A DNA stretch of 40,203 nt from an uncultured Gammaproteobacteria bacterium (lineage in GTDB: Bacteria > Actinomycetota > Acidimicrobiia > Spongiisociales > ZC4RG35). A model generated the notes under the pieces. It was not told where the DNA came from. It saw only the letters and a list, made by a program, of their open reading frames with translations, and ran no database searches. A program made the position numbers and the translations under genes. The stretch's first letter is position 1, and each line of letters begins with the position of its first letter. Positions 18,678-28,593 of this stretch are shown piece after piece. The stretch is from NCBI GenBank assembly GCA_964194995.1, contig CAXMPS010000054.1:1-40203 (forward strand), in the 5' to 3' direction.

Positions 18678-19751
18678 TCACCCGACCAGTAGCGGGATCT
18701 CCACCTCCCGAGGGTCGAGTCCCCCGTGGTAGGCGCGGAGACGCTTGTCGAAGCCCGGGGGAAGGATGACTTTGCCTTTCGGCGCCATCACGAGGGCGTC
18801 TCCGACTCTCGCGCGAGCCGGGATTGCCAACGTGCCCTGGTACAGGGTGGTCGGATCGATCAGGTCGCCTCCGGTCAGCGAGGCGAAATCCTCGATCAGG
18901 TCACGGGCACCCCAGAGATGGACACCGCGGGTGTCACCGCCGAACCGGAGGGAGTCGAACCGCGGCTCCCTCACCAGCAACTTGTCCGAGTCGCTGTATT
19001 CGATCAACCCGTGGTCGGCGATCCCGATCAGGGCGACCCCAGGCGGGATACGAGAGGCCAATTCCTGCCAGACCCCGGCGGCGTACCGCATGGCTTCGGC
19101 GAACTCGGACGAATCGAGGCCGTGAACGTGGCCGGCGAAGTCGATCTGCCAGACGTAGGTGAAGATGAATCGTTTCTTCTCACCGGACAGTTGAACCGTC
19201 GCCTCCACGACGTCGCGGTCATCCCAGGCCGGCTCGAACCGGGCGCCGCGATAGAGCATCCGAGTCAGAGGGCTCCCCTGGAACGCAGCGGGCTGAACGG
19301 TGATCGGTTCGATGCCCTGGCCGCGAAGTCGCTCCCAGAGGTTCGGCCTGGGGAGGACGGAACCGTATGCGTGGGAGACCGGCCTCCCAGAAAGGTCGAC
19401 CCACTTCAGAGTGTTCACAACCTTGTCGAGATCGGGCAGCCACATCAGATGTGCGACGAGGCCATGCTCACCGGGGGCCAGACCCGTGGCCACGGTTGAG
19501 AGGGCGACGCTGGTCGTCGTTGGGAAAGGAGATTGGAGAACACCGCGATTCGACTCCCGGAAGACTGTGGCGTCGGGGTGATCCAACTGGGCTGTCCCCA
19601 AACCATCAAACAGAACAACGACATAGGTGTCCGCATCCGGAATCGACGCTGCGAGGTCAGGCTGCAGTCCGGAGAGGGAAGCCTCTCCTGTCATTCGGTG
19701 CTCCAACTCGCCCATCAGGTCGTTCAGATTGTTGGACGGCCGGAGCGACAT
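18678..19751 (-). CDS. Alkaline-phosphatase-superfamily nucleotide pyrophosphatase/phosphodiesterase
   Basis: LFDGLG, FPTTTS nucleophile region, DFAGH, ADHG and YHGG metal ligands. Confidence 0.88.
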   Translation of the reverse strand: MSLRPSNNLNDLMGELEHRMTGEASLSGLQPDLAASIPDADTYVVVLFDGLGTAQLDHPDATVFRESNRGVLQSPFPTTTSVALSTVATGLAPGEHGLVAHLMWLPDLDKVVNTLKWVDLSGRPVSHAYGSVLPRPNLWERLRGQGIEPITVQPAAFQGSPLTRMLYRGARFEPAWDDRDVVEATVQLSGEKKRFIFTYVWQIDFAGHVHGLDSSEFAEAMRYAAGVWQELASRIPPGVALIGIADHGLIEYSDSDKLLVREPRFDSLRFGGDTRGVHLWGARDLIEDFASLTGGDLIDPTTLYQGTLAIPARARVGDALVMAPKGKVILPPGFDKRLRAYHGGLDPREVEIPLLVG

Positions 19752-19809
19752 GGAGCGCAGGCTAGATCGTGCTGGAGTTTCGGCCGATGGCAGTTGATGA
19801 AAACCTGAC

Positions 19810-19838
19810 TTCGACCAGCAATCAGGCCTGCATATACT
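19810..19838 (+). promoter_or_regulatory. Candidate housekeeping-sigma promoter for the second nuo operon
   Basis: TTCGAC-N17-TATACT upstream of AGAGG and the nuoA ATG. Confidence 0.45.
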
Positions 19839-19871
19839 CGCCCGCGATCGTTCCCGTCGACACTTAGAGGC

Positions 19872-20237
19872 ATGAGCCCATACTTTGAGAGCTATCTGAC
19901 AGTCGGTGCCTTCGCTGCCCTAGGCGCCGTTTTGGTGCTGGGCATGCTCGGCATCGCGGCCGTCTTGCGTCCTACCAATCCCACTGCGGCCAAAAAGCTG
20001 ACCTATGAGTGTGGTGTCGATCCGGTTGGATCGGGCTGGAGCCAAACCTACGTCCGCTACTACGTTTTCGGGCTCCTCTTTGTCATCTTTGACGTGGAGG
20101 CCGTGTTCATCTTCCCGTGGGCGATCATCCTCGAGCGTCTCGGCGTTTTCGGGCTGGTGGAGATGCTGATCTTCATCTTTATCCTGGTTCTTGGCCTGGT
20201 CTACGCAATCCGCAAGGGAGTGCTCGAGTGGGAGTAG
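19872..20237 (+). CDS. nuoA: Complex I-like subunit A (second operon)
   Basis: TYECGVDP and [15 protein letters not shown]. Confidence 0.96.
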   Translation: MSPYFESYLTVGAFAALGAVLVLGMLGIAAVLRPTNPTAAKKLTYECGVDPVGSGWSQTYVRYYVFGLLFVIFDVEAVFIFPWAIILERLGVFGLVEMLIFIFILVLGLVYAIRKGVLEWE

Positions 20238-20725
20238 TCCAGAAGTTCGGGGCCCCCAAGCCAGTCAGCTGGCTTCTCAACTGGTCCCGGAAGTATTCGC
20301 TCTGGATGTTCCAGTTTGGCCTGGCCTGCTGCGCCATCGAGATGATGGCCGCATCCGGGCCACGGTATGACTTCATGCGATTCGGGATCATCCCCTTGCC
20401 GGCCTCGCCCCGGCAGGCCGATCTCATGATTGTCGCAGGCACGGTCACCGACAAGATGGCCCCTTCAGTGAAGCGACTGTACGACCAGATGCCCGAACCG
20501 AAGTATGTGATCTCGATGGGCTCCTGCGCCAATTGCGGCGGGCCCTACTGGGATTCCTACTCGGTGACCAAGGGGGTCGACCAGGTGATCCCCGTTGACG
20601 TCTACGTGCCGGGCTGCCCGCCTCGCCCCGAGGCGCTGATGGACGGAATCGTCCTTCTCCAGAAGAAGATCCAGGGCGAGAACATCAAAGAGAAGTGGAA
20701 TCAGCGTGACCACGAGCCCGTCTGA
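20228..20725 (+). CDS. nuoB: Complex I-like subunit B (second operon)
   Basis: [34 protein letters not shown] (N2 cluster); GTG 20228 overlaps the nuoA end. Confidence 0.95.
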   Translation: MGVVQKFGAPKPVSWLLNWSRKYSLWMFQFGLACCAIEMMAASGPRYDFMRFGIIPLPASPRQADLMIVAGTVTDKMAPSVKRLYDQMPEPKYVISMGSCANCGGPYWDSYSVTKGVDQVIPVDVYVPGCPPRPEALMDGIVLLQKKIQGENIKEKWNQRDHEPV

Positions 20726-21293
20726 TTCTGATATCGCCGCCCATCCACTCCAGGAGTACGCCGATTCGGTTGCAGAGGCCGTGGGCGGAACTCCCGAGAT
20801 CCACTTCGACACGGTCAAGGTGAAGGTGGATCCGTCCAACTGGGTGTCCACGTTTCAAGCCGCGCGTGACCGGCTCGACCTGGTGTTCTTCTCCTGGCTG
20901 TCGGCAACCGACTGGTCGAACGATGTGGCGGCCGGCGACCCTCTCAGTGAGGAGGTGGAGGAACGGTTCGAGGTGTTGGCGACGGTGGGCGACCTGACCG
21001 AGGGAAATCGGGTGACATTCTCCACTGACATCTCCAAGGAGGAAGCCGAGATCGATTCGCTCGTCGAGGTATACGTCGGCGCCAACTGGCATGAGCGTGA
21101 GACGGCCGAGATGTTTGGCATCCAATTCGCCGGCCATCCGGACCTGTCGAAAATGTACCTCCCGGATGAGTTCATCGGAAACCCCCTCCGGAAGAGCTAT
21201 CCATTGCTGAGCCGCGAGGTCAAACCGTGGCCGGGAAAGGTGGACGTCGAGGCCATGCCCGAAGGCCCCTCACTCGAGAATCCCGAGGCTTGA
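20706..21293 (+). CDS. nuoC: Complex I-like subunit C (second operon)
   Basis: [20 protein letters not shown] and [10 protein letters not shown]. Confidence 0.94.
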   Translation: MTTSPSDSDIAAHPLQEYADSVAEAVGGTPEIHFDTVKVKVDPSNWVSTFQAARDRLDLVFFSWLSATDWSNDVAAGDPLSEEVEERFEVLATVGDLTEGNRVTFSTDISKEEAEIDSLVEVYVGANWHERETAEMFGIQFAGHPDLSKMYLPDEFIGNPLRKSYPLLSREVKPWPGKVDVEAMPEGPSLENPEA

Positions 21294-21294
21294 C

Positions 21295-22485
21295 GTGGTA
21301 GTGGATCAAGACCTCGCCCATCATCTCTCCGAAGTCGCCGTCTCCGTTGAGTTGGAGACGCCCGACATGACCTTGAACATCGGACCGCAGCACCCATCCA
21401 CTCACGGAGTCCTCCGCCTGATTGCGCAGATCGACGGGGAGCGCGCCTACGACGTCAAGCCGGTTATCGGGTACATGCATCGCGGGTACGAGAAGCTCTC
21501 CGAGGTGCGCACCTACCCCCAAATAACCGCGCTCATCAACCGCATCGACTGGGTCTCCGGCTATGCCAACGAGATCCCGTTCATAGTGGCTGCCGAGAAA
21601 CTCATGGAGATAGAAGTCCCGGAGCGGGCCCAATACATCCGTCTCATCCTCACCGAGATGGCCCGGATCTCGTCACACCTCATCTTCATGGCCTCCTACC
21701 CCCTGGAGTTGGGGGGCGCCACCCCGCTCTTCTTTGCACTACGTGAGAGAGAGCGTGTTCTCGACCTTCTCGAAAGTGTCACGGGGGGTCGCTTTCACCC
21801 GAATTTCAACCGGATCGGTGGGGTGAAGCCCGCGTCCGGGTCGGGCTCGACAACCCGTAAGGAAATCCAGGACCTCCCGGCCGGGTTTCTTACCCAGACA
21901 AGAGAAGCGATGGCAAAAGTACTCGGGGTTTGCGAGGAGCTCGAGGCCCTGGTTGCCGCCAACGAGATCTTCCTGGCTCGGACCAAGGGCATTGGGCTGC
22001 TCCCTCCGGAGGTGGCCGCCGCCTACGGCGTCTCCGGTCCCAATATCCGTGCTTCGGGGGTGCAGTTCGACATTCGCAAGGTGGAGAACTATCTGCCATA
22101 TGACCAGTTCGATTGGGAGGTGCCGGTCGGAGAGAACGGAGACTGCTGGGATCGGTGGTGGGTGAGGCTGACTGAGATTCGCCAGTCGGCTTCGATCATC
22201 CAGCAGGCCGTCGACGGGATCCCGTCCGGTCCCCTCCAGGCCAAGGTTCCCAAGGTGATCAAGGTTCCCGAAGGCCAAACCTATGTGAGGGCCGAGAACC
22301 CGAAAGGTGAGATGGGTTACTACCTGGTCTCCGACGGCGGCTCGGGCCCGTACCGGCTCAAGATACGCTCGGCCAGCTTCTCCAACATCTCGATCCTTCC
22401 CTGGATTCTCGAGGGCATCCTGATTCCGGACATCATCGCAGTGATGGGAAGTCTCGACTTCGTGCTCGGGGACGTGGATAGATGA
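21295..22485 (+). CDS. nuoD: Complex I-like subunit D (second operon)
   Basis: GPQHPSTHGVLRL, GYMHRGYEK, ENPKGE and terminal [11 protein letters not shown]; no NiFe CxxC motifs. Confidence 0.95.
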   Translation: MVVDQDLAHHLSEVAVSVELETPDMTLNIGPQHPSTHGVLRLIAQIDGERAYDVKPVIGYMHRGYEKLSEVRTYPQITALINRIDWVSGYANEIPFIVAAEKLMEIEVPERAQYIRLILTEMARISSHLIFMASYPLELGGATPLFFALRERERVLDLLESVTGGRFHPNFNRIGGVKPASGSGSTTRKEIQDLPAGFLTQTREAMAKVLGVCEELEALVAANEIFLARTKGIGLLPPEVAAAYGVSGPNIRASGVQFDIRKVENYLPYDQFDWEVPVGENGDCWDRWWVRLTEIRQSASIIQQAVDGIPSGPLQAKVPKVIKVPEGQTYVRAENPKGEMGYYLVSDGGSGPYRLKIRSASFSNISILPWILEGILIPDIIAVMGSLDFVLGDVDR

Positions 22486-23489
22486 CCACGTTCGTAACCG
22501 AACTCTTCTCCAACTTCTGGGTGTCGCTTGCCGCCAAGCTGGCTCTTGTAGCCATGATGATTCCACTGATCGGAATGGTGATCGGGTTCGCCGAGATGAA
22601 GCTCTCGGCGAAGATGCAGTCCCGGATCGGTCCCTATTTCGCCGGGGGTCGGTGGGGATGGGCTCAGCTCATTGCGGACGGCGTCAAATTCTTCCAAAAG
22701 GAAGACCTCATTCCCGAAGACGCAGATCGTCCCGTCTTCAAGTCTGCGCCGCTTCTGGTGCTTGTCGGAACCGTCGCCCTATTCGTCGTGATCCCGTTCG
22801 GCCCAGGCTTGATCTTCCGCGACCTCTCTGTGGGCATCTTCTACGCCCTGGCTATTTCCTCGATCAGCACGATCGGTGTCCTCATGGCGGGATGGTCCTC
22901 GGCCAACAAGTACTCGCTCATGGGCGGACTTCGCGCCGCCGGGCAGCTCATTGCCTACGAACTACCCCTCGTGCTCGCCGTCGTGGGCTCGGTGATCATG
23001 GCCGGAACACTCAGCATGAGTGGCATCGTTGAGGCGCAGATCGCTGCCGGCTACCCCTTTGTGATCCTCCAGGTCGTCGGATTCGCGATCTTCATGATCG
23101 CCGCCCTCGCCGAGTTGACCCGGATCCCGTTCGACATGCCCATCGCCGAGTCGGAGCTGGTCATGGGGTATCTCACCGAATACTCAGGCTTCAGGTTTCT
23201 CTTCTTCTTCCTCGCCGAGTTCGCCAACATGTTCACGATGTCGGCCATCGCCGCCACACTGTTCCTGGGCGGTTATTGGCTGCCCGGCATCCCCGAGTCC
23301 GTTCTCGAATTCGCCGGTCCCGTTATCCTCATCGGCAAGGTCTTCATCCTGTCGTTCGTCATGATTTGGTTCCGCTGGACCTTCCCCCGTTTCCGGGAAG
23401 ATCAGCTTCAGACTCTGGCGTGGAAGTGGTTGATCCCGATCGCACTGGCCAACATTGTGATAACCGCCGTTCTCAAGGTTCTTCTCTGA
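22482..23489 (+). CDS. nuoH: Complex I-like subunit H (second operon)
   Basis: [36 protein letters not shown]. Confidence 0.96.
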   Translation: MTTFVTELFSNFWVSLAAKLALVAMMIPLIGMVIGFAEMKLSAKMQSRIGPYFAGGRWGWAQLIADGVKFFQKEDLIPEDADRPVFKSAPLLVLVGTVALFVVIPFGPGLIFRDLSVGIFYALAISSISTIGVLMAGWSSANKYSLMGGLRAAGQLIAYELPLVLAVVGSVIMAGTLSMSGIVEAQIAAGYPFVILQVVGFAIFMIAALAELTRIPFDMPIAESELVMGYLTEYSGFRFLFFFLAEFANMFTMSAIAATLFLGGYWLPGIPESVLEFAGPVILIGKVFILSFVMIWFRWTFPRFREDQLQTLAWKWLIPIALANIVITAVLKVLL

Positions 23490-23989
23490 TGGCCAACGGC
23501 AACGGCTCACGCACTCTCCTGGGCATGGGGATGGTGAAAGGTCTCTTCGTGACCATCACGACGATGTTCAAGACCATCTTCCTCCCGAAGAAGCACCTGG
23601 CGACAGTCAACTATCCCAAGGTCAAGGAGACCCCAGCCCCGCGGGCCCGCGGGGTCATCGCCCTCGATCAGGAGGCCTGCACGGTCTGCATGCTTTGTGC
23701 CCGGCAGTGCCCCGACTGGTGCATCTACATCGAGGGCCATAAGGAGGAGCAGCCTCCTTCCAAGCCCGGCGGCCGGATCAAGGTGAGGGCGACGCTGGAT
23801 CGCTTCGACATCGACTACGCCCTATGCATGTACTGCGGGATCTGTGTCGAAGTTTGCCCGTTCGATGCGCTCTTCTGGACACCCGAGTATGAGTACTCGG
23901 AGACCCAGATGGGAGAGATGCTGCACGACATGGATCGGCTTCAGGATTGGATGAAGACGGTCCCCGAGGTCCCGGCGCTGGAACCGTGA
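23489..23989 (+). CDS. nuoI: Complex I-like subunit I (second operon)
   Basis: [12 protein letters not shown] and [12 protein letters not shown]; ATG overlaps the nuoH TGA. Confidence 0.94.
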   Translation: MANGNGSRTLLGMGMVKGLFVTITTMFKTIFLPKKHLATVNYPKVKETPAPRARGVIALDQEACTVCMLCARQCPDWCIYIEGHKEEQPPSKPGGRIKVRATLDRFDIDYALCMYCGICVEVCPFDALFWTPEYEYSETQMGEMLHDMDRLQDWMKTVPEVPALEP

Positions 23990-24071
23990 TGCTGGTTCAG
24001 CTGAATTTCGATTCAGCCCTTCAGTCGATGAGTCGTGTTAGCCGCCGCATGGGAGCAGAGCAGGTGGCGGC

Positions 24072-24623
24072 TTGACCTTTTCCGCCTGGATATCCGAGCC
24101 GATCAACTGGGTCTTTCTCCTTGTGGGACTGATCGTGCTCGTGTCAGGATTCCGTGTCGTGACCGCCAAGAACGTCGTGCACGCGGCTCTGCTGCTGGTG
24201 GCCGCCCTCGCCGGAACCGCAGGACTCTTTCTCATGCTCGCGGCGGAGTTCGTCGCCTGGGTGCTGGTCCTGGTTTACATCGGAGCGGTGATCGTGCTGT
24301 TCCTATTCGGAATCATGATCACCCGCGCTCCGACCGGTCAGGATGAGGGTCTCGATTCCGAGAAGAAGATTGTCCCCGCCCTGCTTTCGGTTGGCGTCTT
24401 CTTGTTGATGGCCTGGGCGTCGATCGACGCCTTCAGCACCACGCTGGTGGGCGGGACGGGGGATCCGATTTCGACCGAGTTGATCGGCGAGTCTCTGCTT
24501 GGCAGATTCGTCATCCCGTTCGAGGTGGTCTCCTTCGTCCTGTTGGCGGCGCTGATCGGCAGTATCACTCTGGCCCGCAAGGACCTCACGCCAATCGAGG
24601 AAGAGGAAGGACAGCGGGTCTGA
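24072..24623 (+). CDS. nuoJ: Complex I-like subunit J (second operon)
   Basis: NVVHAAL, VYIGAVIVLFLFGIM, PFEVVS; TTG start (in-frame stop at 24039 limits extension). Confidence 0.93.
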   Translation: MTFSAWISEPINWVFLLVGLIVLVSGFRVVTAKNVVHAALLLVAALAGTAGLFLMLAAEFVAWVLVLVYIGAVIVLFLFGIMITRAPTGQDEGLDSEKKIVPALLSVGVFLLMAWASIDAFSTTLVGGTGDPISTELIGESLLGRFVIPFEVVSFVLLAALIGSITLARKDLTPIEEEEGQRV

Positions 24624-24928
24624 TGATTCTGAACCAGTTCCTCATCCTGGCGGCGGCTCTTTTCGCCTTCGGCATCTATGGCCTGCTGGTCCGAAGGAAC
24701 ATCGTGCTGATCCTCCTCTCTGTTGAGTTGATGCTCACCGCCGTAAATATCAACTTCATCGCCTTCGAGTCCGTCTTTCGCAGCTCCGACGCCATAGGCC
24801 AGGTTTTCACCATCTTCATAATCACCGTCGCCGCCGCCGAGGTGGGCATCGGGCTGGCGATCGTGCTGATGATCTTCAGGAACCGTAAGTCCGCCAACGT
24901 CGACGACCTCAGACTGATGAGGTACTGA
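24623..24928 (+). CDS. nuoK: Complex I-like subunit K (second operon)
   Basis: RRNI...SVELML and AAAEVGIGLAI. Confidence 0.96.
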   Translation: MILNQFLILAAALFAFGIYGLLVRRNIVLILLSVELMLTAVNINFIAFESVFRSSDAIGQVFTIFIITVAAAEVGIGLAIVLMIFRNRKSANVDDLRLMRY

Positions 24929-26955
24929 TGCAGTCTGGTTTCCTCATTCTGGCCCAGGAGGCGCACGAGATCCAGGCGGGTGACGGTGGCTGGTGGGCCG
25001 ACACCGCCGGCATCATGCTGGTCCTTCCTTTGGGGGCCTTTCTGCTGATCCTGGCAGTTGGAAAGAGGATGAAGTACGACGGAGGGGAAATCGCCATCGG
25101 GGCTCTCGCGATAAATGCGGTCTGGGCCAGCGTGCTGATGGTCCTCAACATGACAGAGGGTGTTCTCACCCAGACCACATTCGTGATCGGACGCATTGGC
25201 AGCGGCCTCGTCTTCGAGCTGGGATGGATCGTCGACGGGCTCTCGATCCTGATGTACTTCCTCGTCTCGGTGGTGGGGCTTCTCGTCTTCATCTACGCCG
25301 TCGGTTACATGAAGGGCGACCGTCGGGTGCCCTGGTTCTTCGCCGCCTTTTCCCTGTTCGCCGGCTCGATGTTGGTTCTGGTTGGTGCGCCGAACCTGGT
25401 GCAAATGATTATCGGATGGGAGGGCGTAGGTCTCGCTTCCTACCTGCTGATCGGGTTCTATTGGGAGGACATCGCCAACGTCAAGGCCGGCAACAAGGCG
25501 TTCCTCGTCAACAAGGTGGCGGACGTCGGCCTCGTTCTCGGCGCGATCATCCTCGCCCTCGCCGTCGGATCCTTCGATTTCTTCGACATCAACGAGGCCG
25601 CGATCTCGGGGAATGCAGAACTCGGGGCGGTAGCCGTAGTGGGAGCCCTGCTTCTTTTCTTCGGCGCGATGGGAAAGAGTGCCGTGTTCCCGCTTCACAT
25701 CTGGCTGCCCGACGCTATGGCGGGGCCGACTCCGGTCTCGGCGCTGATGCATGCGGCGACCATGGTCACCGCCGGCGTGTATCTCATGGCCCGAATGTTT
25801 CCGCTGTATCAGAACATGGCACAGGAAGCTCGGACCCCGATGATCGTCCTCGGCGCGATAACCCTGTTTGGAGTCGGCTTGCTGGCCCTGGTCGCGAAGG
25901 ACATCAAGAGACTCCTGGCGTACTCGACTGTCTCCCAACTCGGGTACATGATGACCGCGATCGCCGCTGGTGGCTACACGGCCAGCATGTTCCATTTGTT
26001 TACGCATGCCTTTTTCAAGGCTCTGCTCTTCCTCTGTGCCGGCTCGGTAATTCATGCCGTCCACTCCAACAACATGAGCGACATGGGCGGTCTCCGCAAG
26101 TACATGCCCAGGACGTACTGGACCTGGATCGCTGGGTCCCTGGCCCTTGCCGGAGTTGGGCTTTCCGGGTTCTGGTCGAAGGATGAAATCCTCTCGACTG
26201 TGGGTAACGAGGGATACCAGTTCGTAATGTGGGTGGCGATCGCGGGGGCTTTCGTGACGGCTTTCTACATGGCACGCGCCACCGCTCTCACCTTTCACGG
26301 CAGTTACAAGGGCCAACGGGAGCCGCACGAGTCGCCGAGCGTGATGACCGTGCCGCTGATACTGCTCGCGATACCGACTGTCTTCGCCGGCCTCCTCAAC
26401 ATACCGGGCTTCTCCTGGCCGGCCATAGGAAACTTCACCGAGTGGCTGGCGGTTCGGATCGTTCCAATGGGTGATCATCATGCCGAGTCCATCGACTGGC
26501 TCATCGCCGGTATCGGTCTGCTGGCAGCAGTCGCCGGCATTGCCGTCGGCTGGGCGATATTCTCCAAGGACCGAGACAGACAAGAAGATCGCGACCTGTT
26601 CGAGATCCCCGTCTTCTATCCGCTCTTCAGGCGAGGCTATTACATCGATGACGTCGCCCTTGGTGTAGTTGGCGCCACCAATGGGCCCATCGCCCGTTTC
26701 GTCGATTGGACCAACACCCACATACTTGATGCGATCGTCAACGGGGTGGGCATGGCGGTCAAGCACCTGGGCGGGTTTGTCTACGGCGTCATTGACCAGA
26801 GGGGTGTTGATGGCGTTGTTCACGGAGTGTCGGCGGCAGCCGACGGCGCCGGCTCCGTTTTGCGCAAGATGCAGACCGGCCGAGTTCAGCAATATGCGGC
26901 GTCCTTCGTTGCAGGGGCGCTCATCTTGGTAGTCGTGTTCGTGTTCGTCCTATAG
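24928..26955 (+). CDS. nuoL: Complex I-like subunit L (second operon)
   Basis: [42 protein letters not shown]. Confidence 0.96.
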   Translation: MQSGFLILAQEAHEIQAGDGGWWADTAGIMLVLPLGAFLLILAVGKRMKYDGGEIAIGALAINAVWASVLMVLNMTEGVLTQTTFVIGRIGSGLVFELGWIVDGLSILMYFLVSVVGLLVFIYAVGYMKGDRRVPWFFAAFSLFAGSMLVLVGAPNLVQMIIGWEGVGLASYLLIGFYWEDIANVKAGNKAFLVNKVADVGLVLGAIILALAVGSFDFFDINEAAISGNAELGAVAVVGALLLFFGAMGKSAVFPLHIWLPDAMAGPTPVSALMHAATMVTAGVYLMARMFPLYQNMAQEARTPMIVLGAITLFGVGLLALVAKDIKRLLAYSTVSQLGYMMTAIAAGGYTASMFHLFTHAFFKALLFLCAGSVIHAVHSNNMSDMGGLRKYMPRTYWTWIAGSLALAGVGLSGFWSKDEILSTVGNEGYQFVMWVAIAGAFVTAFYMARATALTFHGSYKGQREPHESPSVMTVPLILLAIPTVFAGLLNIPGFSWPAIGNFTEWLAVRIVPMGDHHAESIDWLIAGIGLLAAVAGIAVGWAIFSKDRDRQEDRDLFEIPVFYPLFRRGYYIDDVALGVVGATNGPIARFVDWTNTHILDAIVNGVGMAVKHLGGFVYGVIDQRGVDGVVHGVSAAADGAGSVLRKMQTGRVQQYAASFVAGALILVVVFVFVL

Positions 26956-26970
26956 GAGAGGCTGATAGCG

Positions 26971-28590
26971 ATGGAATGGTTCGAAAGTTGGGGCGTCTCA
27001 CTGATTGTGTTCTTGCCCCTCGCGGGGGTCCTTCTCCTCGGCTTGATACCCAAGGCCAACGAGAACGCCCTGAAGCGGACGGCTCTGCTCGTGTCGCTGG
27101 CCGTTTTTGCCCTGTCGCTGGTACTCATCGGGCAGTTCGATTTCGGCGGCGGTCGGTACAACACGTATCAGTTCGAGGTGAATCAGACCTGGATCGGCTC
27201 CATAAATGCCAACTACCACATTGGCGTCGACGGAATCAGCCTGCCTCTCCTGGTTCTGTCCACCTTCGTGATGTTGCTGGCGGTTATCTACTCCTGGAAC
27301 AACTGGGACGAGCCCAAGAACCCCAAGGCTTTCCTGATCCTCATGATGATCCTGGCGACCGGGATGAACGGAACCTTTGTTGCCCTCGACCTCGTCCTGT
27401 TCTTTGTCTTCTTCGAGATTGTGTTGCTTCCGATGTACTTCATGATCGGAATCTGGGGCGACCGCACTCCACGAAGGATCCCGGGATTCAGCAGGGACGT
27501 GGAGACGAGGCTCTATGCCTCGATCAAGTTCTTCCTGTTCACTTTGTTCGGGTCGGCCTTCATGCTGCTTGGCTTCCTCGCCCTCTACTTCGAATCGGCG
27601 AGCTTCGGGGAGCGCACCTTCGATATCGTGCAGTTGACGGAGCTCGGTGCCTTGGGCTCCTTCACCGGCAGCTTTGCTTTCTGGGTTTTTGGGGCGATGT
27701 TCCTCGGGTTTGCAATCAAGGTGCCGATGTGGCCCTTCCACACTTGGCTCCCGGACGCTCATACGGCTGCGCCGACAGTCGGCTCTGTTCTCTTGGCGGC
27801 GATTCTCCTGAAGCTCGGCTCATACGGCTTCATCCGAATCGCCTTGCCGATCCTCCCCGACGAGGCGAGAAACTGGGCCCCGGCCATCGCCATTCTCGCG
27901 GTCATTGGGATCATCTACGGATCGCTGGCCTGTCTGGCTCAGACCGATTTGAAGCGCCTCATCGCCTTTTCCTCAGTGGGCCACATGGGCTTTGTGATGC
28001 TTGGAATCGCGACCCTGACCGACATCGGGATCAACGCGGCCATCATTGGGATGGTTGCCCACGGTCTGATCACAGGTCTGCTCTTTTTCCTTGCCGGCTC
28101 GATGCACCATCGCTACCACACCAGGGATATGGCGCGCCTTGGTGGCAACCTGAAACTGATGCCCGTGTTGGGCGGAATACTTGCGTTCACGGCGATGGCG
28201 TCACTGGGCCTGCCGGGGCTGGCAGGGTTCTGGGGCGAGTTCATGTCGCTTGTCAGTGCCTACAACCCGCTTGACGGCCTGTCGCTCGGCGTCTTCCGCA
28301 CCTCGATGGTCTTGGCCGCGATCGGGACCGTCCTGACAGCCGGCTACATGTTGTGGATGTTGCAGAAGGTCAACCTGGGTGAGCCGGCCGACGAGTGGCA
28401 GAGTCACGAGTTCCACGATGTGGATCGGTTCGAGATAGCGGCCTGGGTGCCGCTCATAATCCTGATCGTCGTGATTGGCTTCTATCCAAACGTCGTCTTC
28501 AGCGCCACCACCGACACCGTCACCTCGCTGGTCGACATGGTGTTCAACGGCGATGCGACCGCTGCGCTGACCAGTTTGAAAGGCGGCTGA
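26971..28590 (+). CDS. nuoM: Complex I-like subunit M (second operon)
   Basis: GVDGIS, KVPMWPFHTWLPDAH, KLGSYG, GLPGLAGFWGEF. Confidence 0.96.
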   Translation: MEWFESWGVSLIVFLPLAGVLLLGLIPKANENALKRTALLVSLAVFALSLVLIGQFDFGGGRYNTYQFEVNQTWIGSINANYHIGVDGISLPLLVLSTFVMLLAVIYSWNNWDEPKNPKAFLILMMILATGMNGTFVALDLVLFFVFFEIVLLPMYFMIGIWGDRTPRRIPGFSRDVETRLYASIKFFLFTLFGSAFMLLGFLALYFESASFGERTFDIVQLTELGALGSFTGSFAFWVFGAMFLGFAIKVPMWPFHTWLPDAHTAAPTVGSVLLAAILLKLGSYGFIRIALPILPDEARNWAPAIAILAVIGIIYGSLACLAQTDLKRLIAFSSVGHMGFVMLGIATLTDIGINAAIIGMVAHGLITGLLFFLAGSMHHRYHTRDMARLGGNLKLMPVLGGILAFTAMASLGLPGLAGFWGEFMSLVSAYNPLDGLSLGVFRTSMVLAAIGTVLTAGYMLWMLQKVNLGEPADEWQSHEFHDVDRFEIAAWVPLIILIVVIGFYPNVVFSATTDTVTSLVDMVFNGDATAALTSLKGG

Positions 28591-28593
28591 TCG

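Noticed and set aside
19872-23989. Second operon as a group 4 [NiFe]-hydrogenase
   Set aside because: The NuoD-like subunit lacks both CxxC Ni-binding motifs and ends in DVDR; NuoB has the tandem CC of complex I.
24676-26892. 738-aa minus-strand ORF
   Set aside because: Antisense shadow of the second nuoK-nuoL, the same artefact as at the first nuoL.
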